Shown here piece after piece: positions 38,401-47,095 of a stretch of DNA of 64,000 bases. Numbering within the stretch: position 1 is the first letter of the stretch; every line of letters starts with the position of its first letter. A program made the position numbers and the translations under genes. Where the stretch lies: contig CBDFLE010000005.1 in the NCBI GenBank assembly GCA_965248925.1, positions 1,600,001 through 1,664,000 on the forward strand, given 5' to 3'. The notes under the pieces are model-generated. The model did not search any database. It had not been told where the DNA came from and saw only the letters and a list, made by a program, of their open reading frames with translations. This DNA comes from Candidatus Multivoradales bacterium (lineage in GTDB: Bacteria > Acidobacteriota > Thermoanaerobaculia > Multivoradales > J023).

Positions 38401-40023
38401 CGCAAGATATTCCTGGAAGGTTGTGTGGAGGAAGAAATGGCTGTCATCTGAAAGGCCAAGCTGCCCAAGAAGCCGAGATGGTTTCAGGTACTCATCGAGC
38501 AGCTCTGGGTAATCGCAACAGGCAACTACATCCTCTGGACCAAAGACGTATCGCGGTGCTCCTGGGGCCTCGTCGAGCAACCAGAGTGCGAGCCGTTCCA
38601 CTTGCCGCTGCTCCACTGAACCGAAAGGCTTTTCTGGACAGCGATCTCCGTAGTGCCGCAGAATGAGCGAGACAGCACTCTCGTAGAGGGCTGCGCGGGA
38701 TCTCGGAAGTCGCTCTTTTCCCTTATTGCGCAAGTACAAACCGCACAGCAAGCTGAGCAGAAACGGATTGCGCGCCATCCGCCGCAGATCCAGGTTGCGA
38801 TCGAGCCGCCGCTCCAGTGGCTCCGCGAGCTGCGGAGCTCCAACTCGCTGGAACCAGAGCCGTATCAAGGAACCAATGCTGTCCGGAGAAAGCTCGGTGA
38901 TCTCGAAGATGTCGTAGACCGGCAGCTGGCGAGGGTGACCTGAGGGCCGCGAAGTGAGAATCATGGCGAAACCGTGCGCATGATTGTCGATATCCTGTCG
39001 CATCGCCTCTCGGTCCTCCGGGCGCACTTCATCCCAACCATCGAGCAACAGCAACACGTTGTCCCGTCCGGGCCCTGCGAAGTAGCTCAAGGCGTTCGAC
39101 CATAAATCCCGCTGACGTCGATCTCGAATCCCAGCCTCGAGAAGCGCAAAGTCCAACAACTCGGAGCCAGAATTCTCCTTTTTCCAGATGCCATAGCTAC
39201 GCAGCGGTACCAGCAGAGGGAGCACAAAGCGCCCCCCGGGATGACGAATGAGCCAGCGTGCGATCCACTTGAGCAGCGTAGTCTTGCCACTACCTGGAGG
39301 CCCCACCAGCACGGCAGAACCCTCGAAACGCTCGATGATGAACTCAAGGGGGCGTGTACGCCAGCTCCGCTCTTCATAGCGCTGATCAAGAACCTCTCCG
39401 AGAGCTTGACCCTGATGCAGCCTCTCCATGCTCTCCGACTCAGCCAGCCGCAGCTCGACCCAGACATCGTCAAGTGGCAGCGGCTGCATCTCCGGCAACG
39501 GCGCCTCTGCAAAAGCCCATTTGGGATGTTCGAGGAGTCGTTTTGGCCAAGCCGCGATCAGTGGATCGAGTTCCAGATGGGTCTCGCGTTCCGAGATCGC
39601 GGCGCCGGGAGCGAAGGACTCGACGGTGTCACGCTTGGAGAGCGTCGGCTCGAGCCGCGCCAGCAGAACCCGTTTCCAATGGCCGATCGGACCCTCGTCG
39701 CGCTCGGTCGCCCGGCTTATCCTCCGTGCTGTTCCGAGTAGCTCGGCCCGCGAAGAGTCGGGCTTCGAGGCGAGTTGCTCAGCCCAGGCAGCTGCCAACC
39801 TAGCGGGATCTAGATCCTTGAAACCTATTCGGCGAACCAGAAATCCGATTCTGCTGGGAAGTGCTTCCAGGCGGGCAGCGGCCAGCTCTGGTAAGCGCTG
39901 CCGGGCAGCCTGCGCTGGTTGCTCGCTTCCCCCAACCAGCGCCTCGAGCAGCGCCAGCGTTTGGAGTTCGCGCCTATCGCCCACAGTTATAGTCCTCTTC
40001 CCCCACCCCAGAACACCAGCCAC
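35494..40023 (-). CDS. NACHT NTPase - HEAT repeats - C-terminal CHAT protease
   Basis: GPPGSGKTT, LLLDGWDE, LTSRP, NPFLL, FLHTTFQEYLAA; HEAT-like repeats; HFIGH and FLNAC dyad; start uncertain. Confidence 0.88.
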   Translation of the reverse strand: MAGVLGWGKRTITVGDRRELQTLALLEALVGGSEQPAQAARQRLPELAAARLEALPSRIGFLVRRIGFKDLDPARLAAAWAEQLASKPDSSRAELLGTARRISRATERDEGPIGHWKRVLLARLEPTLSKRDTVESFAPGAAISERETHLELDPLIAAWPKRLLEHPKWAFAEAPLPEMQPLPLDDVWVELRLAESESMERLHQGQALGEVLDQRYEERSWRTRPLEFIIERFEGSAVLVGPPGSGKTTLLKWIARWLIRHPGGRFVLPLLVPLRSYGIWKKENSGSELLDFALLEAGIRDRRQRDLWSNALSYFAGPGRDNVLLLLDGWDEVRPEDREAMRQDIDNHAHGFAMILTSRPSGHPRQLPVYDIFEITELSPDSIGSLIRLWFQRVGAPQLAEPLERRLDRNLDLRRMARNPFLLSLLCGLYLRNKGKERLPRSRAALYESAVSLILRHYGDRCPEKPFGSVEQRQVERLALWLLDEAPGAPRYVFGPEDVVACCDYPELLDEYLKPSRLLGQLGLSDDSHFFLHTTFQEYLAARALTHEDTDRVVDSVRRHSYDAAWLEVMQFLAGLSGLARTVFWQEMRRISMQPDRYGLVFLRIAHFAAEAQLPNGGLTELGVDLRDKLWEGVTGSNFSGRFVEALAALDSDLLVHRMRKALAGDDEAIRKRVVRNLGRVVALEASELLVEQLLSDQPVDCGLALSQLGRYERLHPRSLAKLRLVAFARDSDATTRKKAIHALSSIRDVASVPNLVEMARQYPDEAESVLVAIGWMGGEAATAALRTMGEWHESYQWQESLVTMLGLVATPVARDLLLQRLALLDLEDPLVVIALEALHGMPIHDGADLISTILFADLPAATRAAAAHALQEATGSGVVATLARAAEGDPEESVRLAALQSLEGRGQPNEVGWLSSRIDESTRSDEERVLAFRVLLTTVQRFRYSEDGKWLLARAATAVLRALAKPAVGVLTQTATELAYLAGDATAPRLIEVALDSSLDTQLRCSACASLGRLCYVEAADSLVVLASSGRNARPRDRRPDGSGFWTQDSSIRWEVVGETWSMPAQKVHLELTEDTIGQAAADALAWIDPGALLDISGTGADNALAAWALETGSLVFKNHIVGATGKTIARRRSHSFLDASSRAVWPGLVPDLEITIEASTEQRPELTFQLQARDPSLGLVRDRFGPISLGRDPQAQQHDLSKDIEEYSSVEAEWQEISAARLRAKGTRLFGILPLGLQIWLWTLRERVQTARLVSDELFLPWEILRLSGQGAGTPENGYFLAEKFALTRWRHGLDEQLSFDLSRVAVLASAAEDNLEVQEELEDLVELLGAERVTIIPPRYREVRDALASGQFDGWHFIGHAHARSADVDLWEIVLDDYQTLRPEDLLELSGFGKHRPWVFLNACSTGLAGRGLSGPGGWALQCLESGAGAFLGTQWAVPSRQARRFAFEFYRRFLAGEPLGESVRQARIELRDEYPGSPAWLAYTVYGHPLAYCSKPIGAGVEERG

Positions 40024-40237
40024 CGATGCGCCTGGCCCTGCTCCAGATTCAGCCAGCGCTACCGCAACATCGAAGATCTGCTGGCCGACCGTGGGCTGAC
40101 CCTATCCTACGAGGCCCTTCATCGAGGGCCCATAGTTGCACACCACCGCGGCTGCAAGTATGCCCGCTGACTGAGCGCTGAAACAGCAATACCAGACAGG
40201 GCTTCTCAGGCTGGCTTCGGTCAAGTTGACAGCCGCC
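39985..40237 (+). mobile_element. Highly degenerate IS6-family relic
   Basis: RFSQRYRNIEDLLADRGLTLSYEA matches the IS6 transposase N-terminus; aagttgacagcc resembles an IS6 end. Confidence 0.6.
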
Positions 40238-40376
40238 GATCAGCCGGGGCTCGAAATCTGGAGCAGGTGACCCGTTGGCAGGCCGACTTTCGCTTTAGTT
40301 GTTAGGATTGGCGGTCAGCTCTGCGGGGCAATTCAAGTCCGGCTGCTGCGGAAAACGTCCGATTTCAGAGGCAAGG

Positions 40377-42440
40377 TTGAGCACAGTCTTCACAGATTTC
40401 GTTCGCCAGATGGACCCCCAGGGCCCTGGCCCGAGTCATGAGTTGGTGGAGCAGGTCTGGGAGGCCTTGCGGGGACTACTAGTCTCGGAACTCAAGCGAC
40501 GCAGCAGCTGGCTCAGTCCCCCCAGCTACTTGGGGATCATCGGCCATCGTTTCTGGACCACTCCGGAGACCGGTTCCGACGCCCTCGATGAGCTCGCGTC
40601 GCAGTGCTTCGAGTTTGTTTTCGTGCAGCGGCTGAGCAGCTTCCGAGATCAAGCCCGGCGCAAGGAAACGGTCGATGGCCTGGTCGCGCTGGCCAACCGC
40701 CACTTTTTGCTCGAGACCCAGCGCAAGAACGACCCGCTAGGCTTTCGCGTCTTCGAAGTTCTACGCGGCGTGATGCGCCGCGCGATAGCCTCCGAGCAGC
40801 TTTTTCTCCTGGCGGGAGATCACCGAGTGCGCAACGACTCGCTGCTAGCCCGATCTCCGGCAACGCCGCCCGTAGGGGTCCTCCCCAGCGATCTACAGCC
40901 ACTGGCGGAGCGTTGGGTCGACGATCACCTTGAAGGCCTGTTTACAGCTTCTCGCAACGACTTGGCCAGGCTCAGAGAGAGACTGATCGACGAGCTTCTC
41001 GAGTGGCTGGACCAGCAAGACCTGCCAGGCTTCAGATTCGGCGACCTGGCAGCCAGCGTCAAACAGCGGGCACGCCTCGCTTGGGCGGCCCGTTTTCTCG
41101 ATTCGTCTTTTCTGGCGCAGCCCGTCGACCGAAACTCGGTCAGCACACCGCTCGACGAATCCGACACTCTCCAGCGCTTCACCATGCTGGTGCGCTGTGT
41201 CAGCGATGGGATCGCCAAACTCGGCGAACGCGCCAAGACGCTACGCTATCTCGACCGGCTGTGGCGATTCCTCGAGACCTTCGCCTTGGACGGCGGGACT
41301 GTCGAGATATTGGACGGGTTGACCGACCCATTGGATCTCCCCCCTCAGCGGCAGATCTCCAAGCTGCTGGAGATCCCCAGGGGACGGATTCCCGGCCTGC
41401 TTGAGATCCTCCGTGAGCAAGTGCACAGCTGCCGTGAGAAAGTAGAGGATGTCGGAAAGGGGGTGTCCTTGGCCGCTCGAAAAGAAAACCATGACCGGCT
41501 CGCTGAAGCCCGAGCCGCGGCCTTGGCTGCTGCGCGAGATGCCGCCAAGCCGCCGCCGCAGAACCTCGATGGAAAAGCATGGTGGCGCGCAGGAGACATC
41601 GTCAGCTTCCCGGCTGCCGACCGGCTCGGGGTGTACTGGCTGCTGCTCGAAGTCGATTCACAATCCGACCCGTTCCGCTGCGCCGTCGTGGATACCTTTC
41701 CGCTCCTAGGGCCTGATGATCTGGAACTCAGTCCGGCAAGTGGTTCAGGTGCCTGGCGACTGCGCTGCAACTTCGAGCTGACCCTCGAGAGTCGAGTACT
41801 CGGCCGAGCGCAGTGGGTCGATCGGATAGAAGACGAGGTTCTCAGAGCAGCGCTGGCGGGTGCAACTGATGATGGGCTGCTGCGCGAAGATCAGGATTCA
41901 CCGGAATACCGCGACTGGATCGACGATGGCCCGCGCCGTGCAAAGCAGCTACTCAGCGGTCAGCCGCTCCCCTATCGCTCACCTTCGAAACTCGGCACCT
42001 GGCCCAGGTTTGCCTGGGTACTTGCTGCTTCCCTATTCCTGGCAGTGATCGGTCTGGCGATTGACCGCTACCGGCTAGGACGGCTCGTCGAGCGACTCTC
42101 GCAGCCGATCCTCGACCTGCCCTACCGCGAGATCCAGCTCTCAGGCTTCCGCGGAGAAAGGGCCCTGGAGATCCCTGCCGACGCGACTCATGTCGAACTC
42201 GGCCTGATCCTCGATCAGCCACTGGACCACGAGATGTATCTCATCGAGCTGCTAAAGCCGGACGGCACCATGCTGTTCCGGAGTCCCGACCTGGCAGCAC
42301 AGAGTTCCTACACCTTGACCTTCCCTGTTGCGCAGCAACAGCGCTCCATCTTTCGCGTGCGAATATTTGGCATTGATGACCAGACGCAGACTCTGATCGA
42401 CAAGAAGACCATCGAGCTGGTGCGGAGCGAATCCCCTTGA
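40377..42440 (+). CDS. Membrane-anchored protein with sigma-like N-terminal region and extracytoplasmic beta domain
   Basis: Helical N-terminus, HTH-like PQRQISKLLEIPRGRI, TM FAWVLAASLFLAVIGLAI, beta-rich C-terminus; overlaps CHAT gene; sigma assignment is tentative. Confidence 0.55.
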   Translation: MSTVFTDFVRQMDPQGPGPSHELVEQVWEALRGLLVSELKRRSSWLSPPSYLGIIGHRFWTTPETGSDALDELASQCFEFVFVQRLSSFRDQARRKETVDGLVALANRHFLLETQRKNDPLGFRVFEVLRGVMRRAIASEQLFLLAGDHRVRNDSLLARSPATPPVGVLPSDLQPLAERWVDDHLEGLFTASRNDLARLRERLIDELLEWLDQQDLPGFRFGDLAASVKQRARLAWAARFLDSSFLAQPVDRNSVSTPLDESDTLQRFTMLVRCVSDGIAKLGERAKTLRYLDRLWRFLETFALDGGTVEILDGLTDPLDLPPQRQISKLLEIPRGRIPGLLEILREQVHSCREKVEDVGKGVSLAARKENHDRLAEARAAALAAARDAAKPPPQNLDGKAWWRAGDIVSFPAADRLGVYWLLLEVDSQSDPFRCAVVDTFPLLGPDDLELSPASGSGAWRLRCNFELTLESRVLGRAQWVDRIEDEVLRAALAGATDDGLLREDQDSPEYRDWIDDGPRRAKQLLSGQPLPYRSPSKLGTWPRFAWVLAASLFLAVIGLAIDRYRLGRLVERLSQPILDLPYREIQLSGFRGERALEIPADATHVELGLILDQPLDHEMYLIELLKPDGTMLFRSPDLAAQSSYTLTFPVAQQQRSIFRVRIFGIDDQTQTLIDKKTIELVRSESP

Positions 42441-45400
42441 GACCGGGGGTGTTGCTGGGTGCGGGGGCGCTTCAGGTGCTGGTTTCGGTATCCTGCGGTA
42501 TTCCTGATCCGGCGACGACCAGCCCTTCAGACCCGTCTCAAACTCAAGCAAGGGATCCTCAAACTATGGCGACCCTCGTCCCGGACCATCCGCTCAATCT
42601 GCCACTGGCTGCCGGCCAGTCGCACACCCACTTTTTCGACCTCTCAGCTGAGCACTACGCACAGATCACGGTGCAGCAAGGTGGCATCGATGTCGCCATA
42701 CGAGTCTTCGATCCGGCAGACAAGCTGCTTGCCGAAGTCGACAGCCCCAATGGGTCCTATGGCCCTGAAATCGTCTCCGAGGCCGCCAAGCTGGGTGGCC
42801 GGTACCGACTGGAAGTCTTCTCTTCCGACACCGCGGCCGAGCCCGGAGCCTATGAGATCAGCCTGAGCCTCCCCCATCCCACCACGCCGGCCGATCACCA
42901 ACAAGTCGCCGCTGAGCGCGCCTTTCACAGGGGCGAAAGCCTGAGACGCCAGGCAAAGTTTAGGGAAGCCACCGAGCACTACAAGAAATCCCTCGAAGAC
43001 TCCCTGGCCGCAAAGGATGTAGCTGGCCAGGCGATGAGTCATCTCAGGCTCGCCTGGATGTTCAGCGAGCTGCAGCAATGGCAAGAGGCCCTGAATCACG
43101 GCACGACCGCAGAGACCGGCTTTGTCGAGCTGAAGGATCGCTTTCATCAGGCAGTCGTGCTCAACTGGATCGCCCTCGCTCGTGGCTATGTGGAAGGAGT
43201 GGACGGAGCGCTGCGCGATCATCAAGCCGCTCTGAAGATATTTAGCGAAACCGAGGATCTCGAAGGTCGGGTCCAGACCCTGGAGCACCTGGGAAGGCTC
43301 TACCGGCGCAGCGGCAGGACGGAAGAAGCTTTCGTGGCCTACGAGGAAACCCTGAAGTTATGGACCCTGCTGGGCGATCTCGGCCACCAGGCCACTACCT
43401 GGTCCAATCTCGGCAATCTATACATCTTCCAGAACAAGCTTGACAGTGCCCAAGGCTGTTTCGAGAAAACGCGGACCCTGGGACGGCAGATCAACGACCG
43501 GGCCATCGAATCCCTCGCTCTGCGACGCCTTGGTGACGTGCTGGATCGCCGCCGCCGGTGGCCCGAAGCCAAGTCTCTGCTGGAGCAGTCCCTGGCCCTG
43601 CGACGGAAGCTGGAAGATCGCCGCGGTCAGGCGGTCGCGTTGAACAGCATCGGCACTGTGCTGATGAAGCTCGGCGATGGAGTCCAGGCGCAGGAGACTC
43701 TGCAAGCCGGCTTGGAAGTCTTCCGCACCCTCGAAGACACCCAAGGCCAGGCCGTTTCCCTGCTCAAGCTCGGCAGAGTGGCCGATCAAGCTGGAAAGCC
43801 GGAGGAAGCTCTTAAGCTCCACCGACAGGCGCTGGCCCTCTACCTGAAGGCCGGGGATCTTCAAGGCCAGACTTCGGCCCGCTTCGGAGCCGCCCGAGCT
43901 CTTCTATCGCAAGACCATCTGGAAGAAGCCCGGGAGCTGATCGAAGGCTCGGTCACCGCCGCTGAGCAGCTGCGCTCTCGCAGCGAGAGCCTCGAGCTGC
44001 GGGCAACCTATTTTGCTTCCAAGAGCCACTACTGGGAACTCTACATCGAGATCCTGATGGCCCTTCACGACCGCCATGCCCAGGCCGCCTACAATCTAGT
44101 GGCCTTTGAAGTCAGCGAGCGCTGGCGGGTACGCAGTTTTCTCGATCTCCTTCAAGAAGCCCAGGTCGGCATCCGCGAAGGTGCCGACACTGAGGTCCTG
44201 AAGACCGAGCGGCAGCTTCAGGAACGGCTCGATCACCTGGAGCAGAACCGGCAGGTGGAACTCGAGATCGGGGAGGCAACGTCGCGACTGAGCCTCATCG
44301 AGACAGCTCAGGAAGAGCTTCTCGACCAGCTGGATCAAGTGCATCGCCAGCTGCGCCGGCAGCAGTCGAACGCCGATGAGCTTACCCATCCGGCGATGGT
44401 TCATCTCAGCGATGTTCAGAACGAGCTGCTGGACAGCTCGTCCTTGCTGCTGGCTTACTTTCTCGGCGAGCAGCGCAGCTTTCTCTGGCTCGTAGGGTCT
44501 CAAACTTTCGAGAGCTTCGTGCTCCCCGGCCGCGAGGTCATAGAGTCCGAGGTTGTGACTCTTCGCAACAGCCTGCCGCAGGTGAGCCCTCAGGTCAAAA
44601 CCCGGCGGGAGCGAGCGAATCGCCGGCTCAGCGACATGCTGCTCGGCCCGCTAGCCGATAGGCTTGGCGACCGGCGTCTGGTAGTGGTGAGCACCGGCGA
44701 CCTCCAGTATCTACCCTTCGGCGCTCTGCGGGACCCCCAGGGCGGCCGGCCCTTGCTGGTCAGGCACGAGATCATCCATCTCCCCTCGGCGTCGGTCCTC
44801 GCCAGCCTGCGTGCCCGAAAGCGTCGGAACCGGTCCGACTCCAAGCTGCTCGCCGTGGTCGCCGCCCCGATCTTCCAATCCGCAGATCAACCCGCGGGCA
44901 GCGCTGCTCGCTCGCCGCGGCTCACCCGCGCCGCCCGAGCTCTGGGGCGCAGCGGATTCGCCCCCCTACCCCACGCCCGAGACGAGGCCAGCAGGATTCT
45001 CAACTTGGTTCCGGAGAATCTCCGCCTCGCTCTTGTCGGCTTCGACGCCAACCGCGAGAAGATCTTGAGCGGAGTGCTCGAGCCGTATCCCATTCTCCAC
45101 TTTGCCACCCATGGTCTGGCTCACCGCGGGCACCCTGAACTCTGCGGGCTGCTGCTCTCGACCGTCGACGAAAAGGGCCGGAATCAGACCGGATTCCTCG
45201 GCCTGCGGGACATCTACAGCCTCCGCCTGTCGGCAGACCTGGTGGTGTTGAGTGCCTGCGAGACTGGCCTCGGCCGCAATCTCGAAGGCGAAGGGCTGAT
45301 GGGGCTCACCCGCGGCTTCTTCTACGCCGGCAGCTCCGGGATCATCTCCAGCCTGTGGCCGGTCAGCGACCACAGCACCTCGGAACTCATGCCGCGCTTC

Positions 45401-45682
45401 TACCGCCGGCTGTTCGAAGACCAGCGCCCTCCCCCCGCCGCCCTACGAGCAGCCCAGCTTTCCATGCTCGCGGAGGAGAAGTGGAGCGAGCCCTTCCACT
45501 GGGCCGGCTTCATCTACCAGGGGGATTGGGCCGCCTCTTTTGCGGTACCTGGCGACGACCCGATCGAAATCAAAATCGTTGCCCCTCCCACTCCGGATCC
45601 GGATGATCCAACCGACGATGATTTGCCGGGACCCAAGGCCTCACCGATACCAGGCCCCAAAACCGAGGGCAGCAAGCGATGA
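42437..45682 (+). CDS. PPC-like domain + TPR + CHAT protease
   Basis: Signal/lipobox-like N-terminus; QQGGIDV..DSPNG; about 8 TPRs; LHFATHG and LSACETG dyad; Pro/Asp-rich tail. Confidence 0.92.
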   Translation: MRPGVLLGAGALQVLVSVSCGIPDPATTSPSDPSQTQARDPQTMATLVPDHPLNLPLAAGQSHTHFFDLSAEHYAQITVQQGGIDVAIRVFDPADKLLAEVDSPNGSYGPEIVSEAAKLGGRYRLEVFSSDTAAEPGAYEISLSLPHPTTPADHQQVAAERAFHRGESLRRQAKFREATEHYKKSLEDSLAAKDVAGQAMSHLRLAWMFSELQQWQEALNHGTTAETGFVELKDRFHQAVVLNWIALARGYVEGVDGALRDHQAALKIFSETEDLEGRVQTLEHLGRLYRRSGRTEEAFVAYEETLKLWTLLGDLGHQATTWSNLGNLYIFQNKLDSAQGCFEKTRTLGRQINDRAIESLALRRLGDVLDRRRRWPEAKSLLEQSLALRRKLEDRRGQAVALNSIGTVLMKLGDGVQAQETLQAGLEVFRTLEDTQGQAVSLLKLGRVADQAGKPEEALKLHRQALALYLKAGDLQGQTSARFGAARALLSQDHLEEARELIEGSVTAAEQLRSRSESLELRATYFASKSHYWELYIEILMALHDRHAQAAYNLVAFEVSERWRVRSFLDLLQEAQVGIREGADTEVLKTERQLQERLDHLEQNRQVELEIGEATSRLSLIETAQEELLDQLDQVHRQLRRQQSNADELTHPAMVHLSDVQNELLDSSSLLLAYFLGEQRSFLWLVGSQTFESFVLPGREVIESEVVTLRNSLPQVSPQVKTRRERANRRLSDMLLGPLADRLGDRRLVVVSTGDLQYLPFGALRDPQGGRPLLVRHEIIHLPSASVLASLRARKRRNRSDSKLLAVVAAPIFQSADQPAGSAARSPRLTRAARALGRSGFAPLPHARDEASRILNLVPENLRLALVGFDANREKILSGVLEPYPILHFATHGLAHRGHPELCGLLLSTVDEKGRNQTGFLGLRDIYSLRLSADLVVLSACETGLGRNLEGEGLMGLTRGFFYAGSSGIISSLWPVSDHSTSELMPRFYRRLFEDQRPPPAALRAAQLSMLAEEKWSEPFHWAGFIYQGDWAASFAVPGDDPIEIKIVAPPTPDPDDPTDDDLPGPKASPIPGPKTEGSKR

Positions 45683-47082
45683 TCCCTCCAAAGGCACACT
45701 TCAACGGCGTTCGTCCCGACGGCAGCTATCTTCAGCCCCCCATCTCGGAGCAGGAGCTGACCGCCCGGCTGCTCGCCGAAGCACCGGATTGGCACCTACC
45801 ACCGGTACCAGACCCACGGGGCATCGACGATCCCTTCCGCAGGCCGATCTACGGCGTCGATCCGAACATACTCGAAGAATCCGGCTGGGCGGTGATCTTC
45901 CCCGCCGGGGTGGACGGCCGCATCAAGCAGGCCCTGCAAGATCTACTCGACCGGCGAGAGGAGCAGGCGGGCAAGAAAGAGGAATGGCGCTACCGAGAGT
46001 TGGTCTACTACCCCGGCGAGTCCTATACCGATTTCATGAAGCGCTACCGAGTACCCCCCGGGCTGGCCAACCCGGACAAGCTGCCCTACTACCTGCTGCT
46101 CATCGGTAGCCCGCAGCAGATCCCTTTCGAATTCCAGCTCAAGCTGGACCAGGTCTACGCAGTCGGCCGCTTGCATCTCAAAAACTTCTCCGACTTCCGG
46201 AACTACGCTCGCACCGTCGTCGCCAGCGAGCAGCGTCGCCGCCACCGCCGGACTCGCAAGATCGCTTTTTTCGGAGCCAAGAACCCGGGCGACCGGACCA
46301 CCCGACGGATCATCGAAGAGCTGCTCCAGCCACTCAGCGATCAGCTCGAGAAGAGCTTCGCTGCCCAGCGCGGACCGGCCTGGAAGCTGCGGCGTATCTT
46401 CGGCGATGAAGCCACCAAAGCCCGGCTAGAGCACCTGCTCGGGGGCGAGGAGACCCCAGCGGTGCTCTTCACCACCTGCCACGGCATGGCCTTCGACACT
46501 GGCGACGCACGCCAGCTGGACCAGCAGGGAGCCTTGCTGTGCAGCGACTGGCGCGGGGAGGGGCACGAGGTGAAGCCCGAGGACTACCTGGCCGCCAAGG
46601 ACATCCCGGACGATGCTCGGCTGGAGGGGCTCATCACCTTTCACTTCGCCTGTCATGGCGCCGGTACCCGAGCCCTCGACAGCTTTCTCAATGACCAGAG
46701 AGAGTACGACCGGCAGGCCCCTCGTTCCTTTCTCGCGCGCCTGCCCCAGCGTCTCTTGTCGCACCCCAACCGCGGTGCTCTGGCGGTCATCAGCCACGTC
46801 GATAGGGCCTGGACCTCCTCCTTCAGCTGGAACGACACCGGCCAGCCGGAGATCTTCGACTCAGCACTGCGCTGCCTGCTCGACGGCCAGCCGGTCGGCG
46901 CGGCGATGGAGTACTTCAGCCAGCTCCAAGCCGACCACGCCACCAAGCTAGACCAGCGGTGGGAAGACAGAGATCAGCTGAGCCCCAGAAGGCAAGCTCA
47001 ACTCGCTCGCCAGGTCCTCGCCAGCCGGGACGCGCGGAACTACGTCGTGCTGGGCGATCCGGCAGTACGGGTTGGAATCTAG
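45679..47082 (+). CDS. C25/gingipain-like cysteine peptidase (clan CD)
   Basis: FNGV, PYYLLLIG..IPF, VGRL, TTCHG and FACHGAG dyad, HVDRAW, LGDPA. Confidence 0.78.
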   Translation: MIPPKAHFNGVRPDGSYLQPPISEQELTARLLAEAPDWHLPPVPDPRGIDDPFRRPIYGVDPNILEESGWAVIFPAGVDGRIKQALQDLLDRREEQAGKKEEWRYRELVYYPGESYTDFMKRYRVPPGLANPDKLPYYLLLIGSPQQIPFEFQLKLDQVYAVGRLHLKNFSDFRNYARTVVASEQRRRHRRTRKIAFFGAKNPGDRTTRRIIEELLQPLSDQLEKSFAAQRGPAWKLRRIFGDEATKARLEHLLGGEETPAVLFTTCHGMAFDTGDARQLDQQGALLCSDWRGEGHEVKPEDYLAAKDIPDDARLEGLITFHFACHGAGTRALDSFLNDQREYDRQAPRSFLARLPQRLLSHPNRGALAVISHVDRAWTSSFSWNDTGQPEIFDSALRCLLDGQPVGAAMEYFSQLQADHATKLDQRWEDRDQLSPRRQAQLARQVLASRDARNYVVLGDPAVRVGI

Positions 47083-47095
47083 GGAGAGACCGACC

